Positions 13,059 through 28,137 are shown, counted from the first letter of the whole stretch. The stretch is DNA of 62,997 nt, filler included, from Octopus bimaculoides (GCF_001194135.2; 9 parts of 8 records of this genome joined end to end with filler, not necessarily neighbours in it); one strand, 5' to 3'. Translations and numbers: made by a program. Notes: generated from the sequence alone by a model not told the origin.

Positions 13059-13404
13059 GGTCGGTATCACTCGCCAGATTCCATAAAATCGCCACCAGTA
13101 TATATGTCTACTCCATAAAAAGCAACAACAACTTCTAAGAAGAAAACGAATAACGCAGAAAGCCACTACACGGACACTCGATTTGCAAGAAATAATAGCT
13201 AAATCTCTGAAATGACAATCTGTTGCCTTAAACAAAGCAAGAACACTAGATAATGTAGTCGTTCTTATAGAAAATTAAAAAAAAGACGGGATAATAAAGT
13301 TTGTAATGTCTGTGATGAATCACAGATTTATTCGATCAAGAATTTTGGTAGCTGTGAGAGAACAATGGCGTTTTTAAAACGGCATATGAAGTATGCCATC
13401 CCGT

Positions 13405-13790
13405 AACTTACCCAAGACTGTAGCCATGCTGGAGTACAACATTGAAGAATTTTTGTCGAATGAATCGACACTAGTGTTTATTTTTTAAAGCCTAGTACTC
13501 TCTTGCCAAACCAGTAAGTTACGGGGACATAAACACACCAACACCGGCTGTCAAGAAGTGGTGGGAGAGAAACAGATACAAAGACACAGACACACACATA
13601 CACACGCACACACACACACATACAACACTCCCCCGCATATANNNNNNNNNNATACGACGGTCTTCTTTCAGTTTCCGTCTATCAAATCCACACTAGAAGA
13701 CACGTGCCCGAAGTGTCACGCAGTGGGAGTGAACCCAGAACCATGTGGATAGGAAGCAAGCCTCTTACCACACAGCCACGCCTGTACCCC
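13405..13790 (-). mobile_element. SINE family A, near full length
   Basis: Both halves present in reverse orientation around a CA microsatellite. Confidence 0.75.
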
Positions 13791-13828
13791 CTCTCTCTCT
13801 GTATATATATATATACAGGGAGAGAATG

Positions 13829-13865
<37 letters not shown>

Positions 13866-15259
13866 ATAGAGGAGTTAATTATAATTCTGGGCATCGCCTC
13901 ATTAGCATAATATCATGCAAGATCGTGGCCAGCGTAGTATTCCAAAATCAAAAGGAGGTCTGTAAGACTTCGATTGATCCTAAAGGGATCACTGCACAAC
14001 TCCCAGGTGAAATCCTGTAGTCTTAATACAAGCTCCGCTGAGTGAATAATAAACGTGATAATTTAAATGAAGAAAGATGTCAATTTGGTATTAGAATTAT
14101 TTCCGTAAAAGGACGATATCATTTATTCCATATCTCATACAATGTTGCGCAATTCATACAACGTTATGTAATGCATGGCATAATATATGAAAATATGTAA
14201 TAATATTCGTATAGTTCATTCACTTCTTCAGATGTCCTGACATAACTTTCCAGCTATTGTTAAAATTTATTTATAGTAGAATAGAGTGGTGTAATGAGAA
14301 ATGGATTGTTTTGTTCAACAATACAACACACTACCTGACCCGTGAATCGAAATCACGTTCGTAAGAACGTGAGTGCAACTCCACTACCACAAGTCCACAG
14401 GATCTAATTTGACGAGCTCCCATTCTGTGGACAGTAAAAGAGATTACTTAATAACAGATAAAATCCTCAAACAAAATTGAAATTAGTTTGCATGATCTAC
14501 CTCACTTCTTTTGAATATGTTGTATATAAAGAAAGAACGCTGACACCACTCAATTATGTACAATGCTCGCAAAAAAACTCTATCGATATAGTCTGTAGCA
14601 CAGTAAAGCATTAATAAGTAATACCTTTATGTGACAGCATTTTAATCGAACCACCTGCCAATAGTGTATTATATATACAAATCGCTTTATCTGATTTCTT
14701 TAAGCCCAAAGATATTATATCAAAGACGGTGTTTAAATCTGTCTTTTACATACAATATTGGTAAAATACTACGAACAGATTCTGTAGTACAGTATCGTAT
14801 TAAATCCAAATACAATTAACGAACCAGTATTTTAATCTCACTTGCTTTCAACAGTGTATTACACATGCAAATCACTATCCGATTTCTTTACGCTTATAGT
14901 ATAAGGTGTTTATACTTGTCATTCACAAACCGCATTGGTTTTATTCCTAGCTATATTGTTAGCTATAGAATGGTATAGCACTATGGTGTGAATCAAAAAC
15001 TGCCTATTCTAGCGAACATGTAAGTTGTTGATATTGAAGTATTATACAAAGTACATTATCATATGTAGTCACAATTGTTGAATCTCAAGTTTGTAAATAC
15101 ATAAATTAGATTTTGCTTAATACATTTAATTTTTCTGAAAATATACTTGTTGCACATTATATAATCACCTCCAGCAGAATTTATTTGATATTTTAAAAAC
15201 ATCAATTTCATGCATATTCTGCAAAATGTTAACAGTCGGCCCCCTTGTTAAAAGCAGCA

Positions 15260-15450
15260 GTCATATCTCATTGGAATTGTACCTTTGTATCATAAAAGAT
15301 GAAGAACACAGTGGATAAGGTGGCCATGAATTTACTGGGCCTAGCAAAAAAGAAATAGACGGGATGGTCACAGTTTGAATGTCTTTGATCATAGTTGTGC
15401 TCAGTGGGAGTTGGCTTGGTGTTAAACGACAACAATAATAGCAACAAGCG
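15260..15450 (+). repeat. short interspersed repeat family (GACGGGATGGTCAC...CAACAAC tail)
   Basis: Related copies near 13190-13330, 42090-42240, 46975-47080 (minus) and 48520-48630. Confidence 0.5.
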
Positions 15451-15643
15451 CAGCTGCGTGTTTATTCAAGATGGAATTCCGTACAAAGATACACACGAAA
15501 TCTCAGATAGAAAAGCACAAGAAAATAATACTAAAAATTTCCATAAAAGTAGAGATAAGCAATACAAGAAGATTGTGAAATGTATATAATGGAACCTTTT
15601 TTCAGTGGACAGGTAACTGACAGACGTACCAATTGAGTCTTAC

Positions 15644-15810
15644 AATACTAACATAAGCATTTCTTATACTGAGCAAAACGTATTATGGATGCATATAGCT
15701 GCTATAATGTATCATCATACACCATGCAGTACAATTTTTGCTTCAGAGTCACTGATGCATGTCTGAATGTGCCTGGCTTAGGCCACTTCCACTACGTCTC
15801 ATTGTCTGAA
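15644..15810 (+). repeat. left copy of a ~167-bp inverted repeat pair
   Basis: Reverse complement of 18959-19125, about 90% identical by eye. Confidence 0.9.
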
Positions 15811-16961
15811 AAAATTGTTTCAGACAAAAACTTTGTTAAATGTTCATCATAGAGAATTTGATGTCAGACTGTACTAGGAAGATACAACTTGAATTTATAC
15901 GAGCTTTATGAAAACGAAGTTGGGGCTTTGGCCGGTCACTGTTGACATGTATTTGCACATGGATGCGCGGAAGTGGGCAAAAGATTTAGATTACGTGGCC
16001 TACCTTAGCCAATAAGACATTTTTGATAACCTATATGACACTACTACTTGAGTTATTGACAGGTGACATCTGATTGATTATACACAATTTATGTGTATGT
16101 GAAAAAATTTAAATAGTGAATGAATGAATCCCTAAAATCATTTACTTATAAATAAGTACTCTTATCTATTTCCATATATTCTTTTACTGATATACTGAGA
16201 GCTTTTTTCTTTCGTTTGTGCATACACGCATACATACACATACATAATACACGCACATACACATACACCACAGACACACAGACACACAGACACACAGACA
16301 CACGCATACATACAAACATCTAAAATGAATTAGAGCAATTACGAAATCACATTTGCAGGTAGTATAAAAGTATTTCAGGACCGATGTATATTTTTATCTC
16401 TATATCCCACTAATCCAGATAAATATTCAGATTACTGAATTACAAATTAAGAATTTAGTATCTTAAAATCCAGCACATATAATCATGGCACATACATTTA
16501 CTGAATAGCCGAAAATTTTCTTCAGTAGAGATGGACGCTTAATGCGAAGCTAATAAAATATTAGCATAAAAGAAAATTTATCTAAAATATTGCAATATAA
16601 AAAAATAAACATCAGAACGTTCTAGAACGTATTACTTCATGACATTACTATTATATAATAGTAGCGATAACATTCTAGAAAAGCACCCCGTTTCAATTAC
16701 TTCTGCCATCTGAGATATGTACTGCATTCTTCAACACGCACAAAACATTGAATTTACTAGAAACATGACAACAAATTTGATAGTCTATTTTCTGCTAGGA
16801 TAGATAATGGGAAAACATTAACAGAAAGTAAAAAAAGAAAAGCACACTTTTCAGTGAATCTAGATGTGATGGATAGACTTTTTTATATTTATGCACACAC
16901 AGTCATATGAGTAGTATGAGTAGTTACGTATATATACATACACATATAAATGCATATATAC

Positions 16962-17006
<45 letters not shown>

Positions 17007-17600
17007 CGGAAGTGAATGGGTTATCCAAAACATCAGTCTGCGTGTTTCCGTAGCGTGGTTTATTCTTAATACGAATCCTCTGCATAACGTAAGCCTTTAT
17101 GCTGCACAAAAATAAAGAACTCAAAATTTAGTTCCCTACAACTCAAGACAATAAATTATTTTCCAATTATCTGTTTGGTTAAGGATCCAATTGCACTTAG
17201 AACATCCAATGCAGAGTTCTAAACAATCACAATGGTAAAACTTACAGATGAACAAATGGCATAAACTTGCGTTTACCGCAGTCTCTCCTATATTTCTTCC
17301 GTATATCATAACTAATAATACTACCAAATATTGTAGTAACTGAACCAATGTACTAGAAGCAGACTAGATGATGACAATCTACGTGGAGCTTGAAACGTAA
17401 CGGTAGCATTTGTACAGCTATTTGTCGACAACAAACTAAGAACCCCGATGTTCGTCAGATCCCATTAAGCAAGCATTTAAAAACACGATCAGAAAAGGTT
17501 TTTAATATTTCTATTTTACAAACTGTACAACTCAAGTGAAGTTGGGAGAAGAGTAAGAGAAAATAATTTTATGGAAAAGTTCAAATCCGTTCTGAATAGG

Positions 17601-17650
<50 letters not shown>

Positions 17651-17880
17651 ATTTGTGGTGGTGNNNNNNNNNNNNNNNNNNNNNNNNNNNNNNNNNNNNN
17701 NNNNNNNNNNNNNNNNNNNNNNNNNNNNNNNNNNNNNNNNNNNNNNNNNNNNNNNNNTTCACATCGACCCCAGTGTTTCATTGGTACTTAATTTATCGAC
17801 AACGAATGGATGAAAGGTAAAGTCGACCTCGGCGGAATTTGAACTCAAAACGTAAAGACGGGCGAATAATAATAGTAATG

Positions 17881-17929
<49 letters not shown>

Positions 17930-18787
17930 TGATGATGATGATGATGATGAAGATGATGGTAACGATGATGGAGGTGGTAGTGGTCGTGATGGTGATGGTA
18001 ATGATGATGGAGGAGGTAGTGATCGTGATGATGATGATGTTTATGATGATGATGATGTTTATGATGATGATGATGTAATTTTACTAAAACTACAGTACGA
18101 TTTTTTGCATACTAATAGAGAATGACTCCCCAGACACAATAAGATATATTAGCAGTTTTCATCTAAATTATTTAAGTCAGGGCTACCGTTTATCAGAGGT
18201 TTCTCAAGATCTGAATGCAACCGAATTCTTTACAAATGATTCTGATTTGTTAAAACGTTTCTATGAATAAGCGTTGTTAATGTCAGCTGTATTGGATCGC
18301 TCATCAAACTATGACGTTATAAACAACTTCTGATTGGTTAAAATATTGTTCGTAAGATTCAGCCCGGAGCTTATTACAAGGTATTTAAAATACAAATTCA
18401 GACATTCCATGACAACTGTCAGTTGCGAAGCACAATTATCTGTTAAAGTTGCTAATATATAGATCCTTAAAATTGCGGAAAGCATGAAAGTACTAGTATT
18501 ATTGTAATCTGCAATATTGTAAAATTGTAAAAAATGTAAAAATAAAATGAGAAGATCAGACTATGTTGAAATTTCTTTGACTAATATATATATGCGTGCG
18601 TGTATGTGTGTGGGGGTGGGGTGGTACGCATGCGAGCGTGTGTGCGTGTGTATGTGTATGTGTGTACATATGTGCATGTGTGTATTTGTGTGTGTAAAAG
18701 TCACATGAACATTGACTGAAAAGTATCGGGTAAGCCTTCATTTTAAATAGATTTTGTAATTCGACATAGACCAATTATATATATATG

Positions 18788-18876
<89 letters not shown>

Positions 18877-18958
18877 AAGTATCTGTGTATATATATAAAT
18901 ATGTATATGTGTATGTATGTATGTATTTATGTATGTATCTGTGCATCGCTTTCAGTCG

Positions 18959-19125
18959 TTCAGACAATGAGACGTAATGGAAGTGGCCTTAGAACAGGCG
19001 CATTCAGACATGCATCAGTGAACTGAAGCAAAAGTTGTTCTGCTTGGTGTATGATGATACATTACAGCAGCTATATGCATCCATAATACGTTTTGCTCAG
19101 TATAAGAAATGCTTATGCTAGTATT
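18959..19125 (-). repeat. right copy of a ~167-bp inverted repeat pair
   Basis: TTCAGACAATGAGACGTAATGG...CAGTATAAGAAATGCTTATG mirrors 15644-15810. Confidence 0.9.
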
Positions 19126-22100
19126 TTAGGCTTTGCTTGGGATCCTCAATACCTTGATGGAGTCGTAGAGGCGCAGTTGTGACATACAACGTGACTTGAG
19201 AATTTTTAGACCTGGTAGAGCACATCCATGCCTGAGTCCTATGGCAGCCAATTTCTTTCAAAATGATGGAGACACAAAGAATTAGAGAAAGAGAGAGATA
19301 GAGAGGAAAGGAGGGACAACGAAAGCACGAGAGAGATAATTGCCTCCTCTCGCCAGTAGAAGACTTTGTTCCTCGAAACTGAAGAGGAAAAAGGTAAGGT
19401 TGATCTCAGCATGAATTGAAGGCAGAGTGCAGAGAACCGGACCAATTAAAAGAAAGTGATTTATTTGCCACTCTGATAATTGGACTAACTGAATGCATTT
19501 TAGTGGTCTGCTTTATTTTTTGAAAGCTATTACAGTGTGCAACTACAGTACTTTTAAGTATATTTGCTTATTTATAAAAGATGCTGTTTATAAACTGTGT
19601 GACAAGTATATGTTTAGTTTTGTTTCATCACCAGCAATGTTCCACAATCTCATAAGTATAAATACCTAAGTTCACAACGTGATGTTCGAACAATATCCAA
19701 TTCGGCTAACGTCACGTTTTCACGAAAGTACCTAAAACGTTAAACGACGCATGACTGTATGTGTGTATGTATGTATGTATGTATGTATGTATGTATGTAT
19801 GTATGTATGCATGTATGCATACATGCATGTATTTATGTGCGTATCTATGTATGTAAAAATGTGTGTACACGCACACACATACGCACAAACGCACACGCAC
19901 GTAATTCCCCACGCACATGCACACATACATAATTCTTGCATTTTTATGTTCATTTCTATTACCTCTGCCACCATAACACTTCTACGACTTCATTTGTATT
20001 TCTGTAGACGGAAATATTAATTAAATATTGGCTTTGAAAGAATATTTGATTAAGGCAGCTGCTAAGGAATTTTGTATTTGATATCATTTGTTATTTGTGC
20101 AGGAAATAACAAAAATAACAAGATGACATATCTCTAATATAAATGGCGTCTATTATGCAAAATGTGTACGCAAACAGACATTTATGAATTCATATTGAAG
20201 CTAAAATCTAAACAGACCAGCATATGAAATTATTTCTGAAGGTTTGACAGGATATTGTTAAATATAATAGCTAGTAGAGGACTTTCAAATTTATTGAGAA
20301 GACGATGGAGAAAAATGTAACAACAAACATTATGAGTTTTCTAAAGGACATTAGCGATAAATGTGACGTGAAATAGGTTGTTCTAAAAGTTGAAACATTG
20401 TAACAACAAGCTTAGAGTAAGATTACTTCTACTGAATAGAGTTCTTTTGATAAACTATAATAAAGTATATTTGTCTGATTTAGGTATATAGTGTTGAAAT
20501 AAAGATTTCCTTCATTTTTTACTGATGTAAATGCATATAGTTATAATTCATCATTCGAAAAAACAGAAAAAGATTATCACGCCACACTGCCAAATTTTGA
20601 CTTATCACTCTCTCATCAAAGATCAGATCTCTAACGTGATATACAGACTTATTAATAAGCCTTTCTACTATAGGCGCAAGGCCTGAAAATTTTGGGGAGG
20701 AGGCTAGTCTTTTACATTGACCCCATTGCGTAACTGGTATTTATTTCATCGACCTCGAAAGGATGAAAGGCAAAGTCGACCTCGGCGGAATATGAACTCG
20801 GAACGTAAGGACGGACGAAATGCGCCTTAAGAATTATAAGTAATAATGTTGATAATCCCGTTTGGATTCCAGTCCCTCTTATTCTGATCTACATCCTAAA
20901 TTTTTCCCATTTTCAGTCCATCTCAGCGACAAACTTGGAATTCAATATTTATTTTAGTCGCATGCTTTTCTCCAATTTAAAAGAGCCTAAAAGAACCAAT
21001 GACATTGCCTTTCTTCTCCACTCTATAGGTTGCACTATATGTGATAATTGAAATTTATATTGTTATTTGTATATGAAATAACAACTTCTAAAAATATAGT
21101 TTAGAAATATGAATGATCTTATACAATAATGTATAAATTCATTAACCTGATATAGCATGCTCTTATCATAGAAATTAATATGTAAACGAAAACTTATTTA
21201 CAATTGTTAACACGAGAAATCTCATCCATGAATTCGTCGTTACTTTTAATAACGATAGTCTTTTTCTTTTCTATAAACAACTATCTTTTATATGGCAGTA
21301 GTATTTGAAAGTATTTCATTGAAATACATTCATTTTAATATGTTCTTTGCTTCGATTATAACCGTTTTAATGTTGTAACTCGAATATTTTTTAATATAAT
21401 CGATATTCTATGTTCTTATACATACGAATAATAAAAGTATACGGAATGTTTTTCCCCATTGAAGTTCTATTTCAGATACTATTAGCGCAAATAACGCAAA
21501 CGTTAGCCATTTCATTCAGTAGTCACTAAAGTAAATGAAAACTTGCCTGTGGTTGTGCTCATTGTAGGTTTCCTGTTTCAAATCCGGTCTTTTCAGTTTT
21601 CGACCATTGGTATAGAACAAATTTAAAAAACAATACATAGAAATTATGTTTCTATTTCTGAAGAGTTACAACAAATTATTATAGAATTAGGAATTGTAAA
21701 TAATATTCCATGTTAATAATATTTTTATAGATTCTTAATTTGGTATTACTTTTTTAATGCTTGTAAATGGAGTTATCAGGAAAGGAAATTAATCTTCACT
21801 AAATTAGATTTTAATTCTTTAATCTGATCCACTTGCATTTTTTTTTTGTTGTTGTTCATTAATGATTATATTAAAGTTTCAGGTGAATTCAAGCGATCTT
21901 TCTTCTTCAAAAGGAATTCTGCGAATGGTTGTTTCAAGGAGCAGATAACATCTGGATATTATTTTATTTGCAAAGAGCCATAGAAGATATTCTTGATTTT
22001 CTCATAGCATTCGACTTTAAATTCTATGGTATTCAGACAATCTTTCTCTCTTTTCATGCATACAACTTCCGTTGAATGATTGCATGAAAAACTCCCACGA

Positions 22101-22231
22101 AACAGGAAGAGTCTTTATAGAAAACGAAAGAAATAACAATCTTGCTAAGTGATGCGAGGACCCGAAACTCAATCAAGCAAGAGCTTGTCTTCTTTTCGAA
22201 ATCTAGGAGATCGTTACACTTAATGTATATG

Positions 22232-22262
<31 letters not shown>

Positions 22263-23013
22263 TTATATAGTATGTAAAGGTAATATCCAAGGATCAAGGT
22301 GTAGGAAGTAAGTAAGATTCGAGCAGTCTGTAGAAGGTATAAAAGCAACTTCCAGGAACAATTGTGGTTTATTGAAATAGAAGGTTGTAAAGTTTTCTCG
22401 TATCCAAGTTCGAAAAACTGAAAAAAGTTATTTTATAGTTCACGGTTAGCAGCTGGAATTGCTATGTTTGCGAAAAAAGAAAAAAAAATCCAGAATTAGG
22501 GAATGTATTAGATAAAATCCAAGCTACATATATTTCATAGCTAGCAGAACCTCGCAAGTAGTAATTACCCAAACGAGGGGTAATCCACTAACTACTCGTC
22601 GGGCCAAAGATACCTACTTTAGCGATGTAATGACAAGCTATGACGCCTTGAACTTTAAGCTTTCATTCCTTACCTTAGGCACTTGAGTCTTCAGGATATT
22701 CTATGTTTGTATGTATGTATGTATGTATGTATGTATGTTCTCTTCTGTTTTAATTATTTAAATTCTTCCTCTGAGAAAGGACGTGCTTTCTAACAAAGAT
22801 ACGAAACTCCATTTTTAGAATTACATAAATGGAGTTTGTATATATATATATATATNNNNNNNNNNNNNNNNNNNNNNNNNNNNNNNNNNNNNNNNNNNNT
22901 TAATTAATTAANNNNNNNNNNNNNNNNNNNNNNNNNNNNNNNNNNNNNNNNNNNNCATATACACACATACATATGCATTATATACAAAACACATGCACAT
23001 ATATAATATATAT

Positions 23014-24010
23014 ATATCATCATCATCGTTTAACGTCCGCTTTCCATGCTAGCATGGGTTGGACGATTTGACTGAGGACTGGTGAAACCGGATGGCAACA
23101 CCAGGCTCCAGTCTGATTTGGCAGAGTTTCTACAGCTGGATGCCCTTCCTAACGCCAACCACTCAGAGAGTGTAGTGGGTGCTTTTACGTGTCACCCGCA
23201 CGAAAACGGCCACGCTCGAAATGGTGTCTTTTATGTGCCACCCGTACAGGCAACGATCTCACTCGAAGGTCCTTACACATGCTGCGGGCACAAGTGCCAG
23301 AAAGGTGACGCTGGGCACAGGTGCCATCACGATTTCAATTTCGCTTGCCCCAATAAGTCTTCGCAAACTGAGTTTCATGTCCAATGAGGGAAACGACATT
23401 GGCATGGGTGCCAGTTGTCAAATTTCACTCGATTTTGATTTCACTTGCCTCAACAGGTCTTCGCAAGTGGAGTTTAGTGTCCAATGAAGGAAGGAAGGTA
23501 CGCATAAGTGGACTGGCTGGGCCTTAGATTTAGGTCTCACTTGGCTTGCCGGGTCTTCTCACGCACAGCATATTTCCAATTGGCAGAGTTTCTACAGCTG
23601 GATGCCCTTTCTAACGCCAACCACTCAGAGAGTGTAGTGGGTGCTTTTACGTGCCACCGGCACGAAGCCCAGTCAAGCGGTACTGGCAACGGCCATGCTC
23701 AAAATGGTGTATTTTATGTGCCACCCACACAAGAGCCAATCCAGAGGCACTGGCAATAATCTCTACGAAGGCCAGTCAGGCGGTACTGACACACACACAC
23801 ANNNNNNNNNNNNNNNNNNNNNNNNNNNNNNNNNNNNNNNNNNNNNNNNNNNNNNNNNNNNNNNNNNNNNNNNNNNNNNNNNNNNNNNNNNNNNNNNNNN
23901 NNNNNNNNNNNNNNNNNNNNNNNNNNNGTGTATTTTATGTGCCACCCACACAAGAGCCAATCCAGAGGCACTGGCAACAATCTCTACGAAGGCCAGTCAG
24001 GCGGTACTGA
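23014..24010 (-). mobile_element. RTE-family LINE 3' UTR/tail with internal duplications
   Basis: Reverse complement of the 58150-58808 tail; (CAT)n start; 23530-23578 encodes the ORF end KYAVREKTRQAK*. Confidence 0.75.
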
Positions 24011-24022
24011 CACACACACACA

Positions 24023-24055
<33 letters not shown>

Positions 24056-24409
24056 TACATAATACATACATACATACTAACATACAGACAGACAGACACA
24101 CACACACACACATATATCTTATATATAAATGGCAATTATATAAATAAAATCACCCTTCTTTTCTACCATTTTATTCATCTAATACGTTTTGGTTACTGTT
24201 TTGAAGTAAGGAATTAGTCTAAATTAATGATGTGTATTGACTCAAAGTTACCACTAAATTGGGGAATTTCTAATTAAATAACATTACATTAACAAAGGGC
24301 TAAATATTTTAAGCATATAAACATATCATGCCGCTAAATAAATAGGATTGTGAAAATGAGTTAAACAGCTTGCAGAACAAAAAGTGAATTAGTTTAGGTT
24401 AAGCTGTTA

Positions 24410-25640
24410 TGATGTTTGTTCATATTATTATCAACATCATCATCACCATCATCATCCTTTAATATCTGTTTCCCATGGGTTGGACAGTTTAACAGGGGCT
24501 GGCTAAGCAGAAGACTGCGCCAGGCTTCACAGTCTGTTTTGGCAGGGTTTTCATGACTGGATGCCCCTCTTAACACTAACCACCCAACAGAATGGACAAT
24601 GATTTTTACAGGGCACCAGCACTAGTGCGGTCTGTTTTGGCATAATTTTTACAGCTGGATACCCTTCCTAACACCAATCGCTTTACAGTGTGGACTGGAT
24701 GCTTTTTACATGGCACCAGCATTGGTGGGGTCACCAAGTAACTTGCAAGACAAAGATCCTTTGAGAGGGGAAAGGGACATTGGAGGAAGTAGCCATGTGC
24801 CAGGTGATGAGCAATTAGAGTGTGACAGAAGAATAGAAACAGGTATCTTGCTGTAGAGGAGATACATGGTCACCCAGTCAGAGGGAGGGGCAGAGATGAG
24901 AGAGGGAGAGAGAGAATGAAAGAGAGGGCAAGAGAAAGAGGGAGAGAGAGAATGAAAGAGAGAGAGTGGAAGAGAACATGAGTGCAAGAGAGAGTGAGAG
25001 AGAGATGATCGCAATGTGCCAGGGCATGCCCTTAATGTACAGGGCCAGAATATGAGATGGTAGAGTATTGCATGAGTAGGGAGTAAGGACTTCACATGAA
25101 TGCAAAAAGTGTGGGGTGGATGGTGGGGAATGCAGTGACTGGTGAAACCTGGGTATATAGAGGGGGTGAGGACTACAGGGTAGCAATGATACAATGAACA
25201 GGGCAGTGAGGATAGGATTAGGGAGAGAGAGAGAGAAAGAGAGAGATAAGCACAGTGCGTATTATTTTATATGTCTTTCATGCTGGCATGGGTTAAATAG
25301 GTCAACAAGATTTAATGATTCGGAAGGCCATGTCATGTTTCCAGAGTCCAAAAACATGCCAACATTATCACCACCACCACCACCACCACCACCACCACCA
25401 CCACCACGATCATCATCATCATTTAATATCCACGTTTCCATCCTTGAATGGGTCAGATGGAATTCACTACGGTGGATTTTCTATAACCAGGTGCCTTTCC
25501 TGTTGCCAACCTTCATCTGTTTCCAAGGAAGGGAATATTCCCCCATGACCAGATATGCTTTTCCTGGAAGACTGGAAAGGAAGGACTCTGCTTGCATAAG
25601 AGTGACACTCATTTACGACTACCATGTAAGGTCAATGCAA
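24410..25640 (-). mobile_element. diverged RTE-like 3'-end fragments
   Basis: (CAT)n followed by TTTAAT.TC.GTTTCC...GGGTT..ACAG and CTGGATGCCC..CCTAAC motifs shared with 23014-23180. Confidence 0.4.
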
Positions 25641-26150
25641 ACAAGCACTAACACACACACACACACACACACATGTGTATATAAACATATCCACATGTGC
25701 ATATAAACATGTGCTTATAAACATATCCTCTATTTTCTGTAGAATACCAACACACTTGGTGCTTATAAGTTTGTTCATGTGTGCATGTGTTGGAGATAAA
25801 CCAATTTTACATACTAAACACATCACTACCAGCTGGTTTTTACACATTATTTACTTGTAGGGAAACCGTATTTCGTTATGCAACCATCATAGACGACAAA
25901 ATATCCTAAACGCTTTTCCATCTCCGATTGCTTTGTTGTTTACATTAGACGTGTTCAGATATGAAATGTCATAACAAATCGGTGCCAGCTATAATTTCTA
26001 TTGAAACTCTATAGAGATAACCTTAACAAGTGATTTAATGGCACTTCAAATACAGTAGGACACGGTATTGACTTATAAAGTGTTTAATATGCTTTATTGT
26101 ATATTACGGTTGCATTACAAAATTAATATATATATAAGGCGATCTTTCGT

Positions 26151-26191
<41 letters not shown>

Positions 26192-26541
26192 TATTAATAA
26201 GGGTAGAAATTGATATTAATCAATTAAAACCAGTGGTCTAGCATATTAAAAAAATCCGAAGATTAAAATTATGTTACATACAAAAATAAGAGGAATGACC
26301 AGCAAAAGTGGACTCCTATATGCTAGAAATAGATGCCGAATCATCTAACCACGAAAAGGGATACACTGAATGTAATTTGTAGAACTCTACACGTGCTCCC
26401 TTTCGGGTGGACGTCTTGTGTCTAGTTCTGGAAATTATATTNNNNNNNNNNNNNNNNNNNNNNNNNNNNNNNNNNNNNNNNNNNNTTAATTAATTAANNN
26501 NNNNNNNNNNNNNNNNNNNNNNNNNNNNNNNNNNNNNNNNN

Positions 26542-26877
26542 TAAAAGAAATGGAAAAACTTTCAAAATACAAAGACCTGGAAATAGAGGTAACACGAATG
26601 TGGAATCTATAAACAGAAACAATTCCTATCATAGTAGGTGCCTTAGGTATAATAAAAAAAATATTCAGACAAATACATAACAAAAACACCAGGACTTACA
26701 AATAAATATATATAACATACAGAAAATTGAACTCCTGGGCACTGCACACATCCTGCGCAAAACACTTTCAATACAGTAACCATAAGAGCACCACAGCAAA
26801 CCACAACACATACCCAAGGCGCACAGAGCTGCGCTCGGTAGTGACGTGAAAGCACGTTATAAAAATAAAACTACTGA
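26542..26877 (+). pseudogene. REL (restriction-like endonuclease) non-LTR retrotransposon C-terminus + 3' UTR
   Basis: KEMEKLSKYKDLEIEVTRMWNL*TETIPIIVGALGIIKKYSDKYI...LLGTAHILRKTLSIQ*, then UTR and an AAT-like tail. Confidence 0.8.
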
Positions 26878-26924
26878 ACAATAATAATAGTAATAATAAT
26901 AACAATATTGATTGACATACGCAT

Positions 26925-27170
26925 ACCCTATGACCATAATATCTCAGCAAAAGAATTTGTTAAGCTCAGAAAATATAAAGATCTGCTCATCGAAATCGAA
27001 AAGATATGGCATCTCAAGACGGTTACAACACCACTTATTGAGCACTTGGAATGATCAAAAACAGAACGGAAAATTATTTAAGAATGATACGTACCATCCA
27101 TGCAGGAAGTGTAAAAGATTGTCTTAACTGGTACGTTACACCTATTGAGAAAAGCGTTGTCGCTGTGAAT
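26925..27170 (+). pseudogene. second REL-type LINE C-terminal fragment (different family)
   Basis: DHNISAKEFVKLRKYKDLLIEIEKIWHLKTVTTP...VLTGTLHLLRKALSL* (frameshifted). Confidence 0.7.
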
Positions 27171-27752
27171 TTTCTTTCCTTTTCCCCTTCTATTTTATTT
27201 GTATAATTTTTTAGTTTTTATTTTTTCCTTTTTCTCTCTATTCCCCTTTTTCTCTATCACATGACTCTGTAAATGAACAATGTGGTGTGCTTGTTTTAAT
27301 GGTCTACTAATGTACGCAATATGTTTCTTTGCCCTAGGTGTCAGGAAGACACTCGGTAAGAAATGGAAATAGAATTGAAAGAAGCTAATGAAAATGATGA
27401 TGATCATCATCATCATCATCCACATCATCATCATGATCATGATGATGATGATGATAATAAAGCTTAGTACTTACAATAATACCAGTAATAATTGGTGCAC
27501 AGGAAATGATAAAGAAGGGAGCTGAGACGTATATTAAGCAACTTCCTGATAACGCCAACCTCCGTGAATTGAAAAGAAATAACCTTGATAGGTACAGTCC
27601 ATATACTACGGAAAGAACTCTCCATCTAAAATGGAATAAATGCGGGGATAATTTTAGCATGCATAGCAAAACAAATGTGCCCTTGCTACCCTTGGCCTCC
27701 GGAGGATAACCGGTACTAAGACAACTGAAATAAAGTTATAATGAAAGGAAAT

Positions 27753-27808
<56 letters not shown>

Positions 27809-27891
27809 TTTTAAAAAGGATTGACGTAACTCTTCACAAAGATAAACAGTCAAGACGAAGAGCGCGATTCGATTGTAAGATCTTTTATTAG

Positions 27892-27934
27892 TTGAACGAT
27901 ATTTCGACAGTACGTCTGTCTTTCTCAAGTTCAA
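27892..27934 (-). ncRNA. minimal type-I hammerhead-like motif, U3:A8 covariant, in a PLE 3' terminal repeat
   Basis: UUGAAC-UUGAGAA-A-GACAG(ACGUA)CUGUC-GAAA-UA-UC/GUUCAA: 6-bp stem I, 5-bp stem II, palindromic AUAU stem III; followed by AATAAA; ~200 bp after the GIY-YIG stop on the same strand. Confidence 0.65.
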
Positions 27935-28137
27935 ATTAAGAAGTGATGAAAATTCAAAATTACAGAAATTTAAACGTAAAGTATGAACGAGAGCAACTAG
28001 CGTCCATACGTTGATGGAATGACATCATCAGTTTTTAAGTTACAATTTTATAACAGGCGAAAAGAAAAAGACAAAAAAAAACAGAAAAAAGAAGACGACA
28101 GAAAACAAAAGAAAGAAAAAGAGACAAAGAAGAATAT

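Noticed and set aside
17360-17410. GAUGAUGAC...GAAACGUA, a PLE-end-like motif
   Set aside because: Stem II and stem I cannot be formed; too degraded to call.
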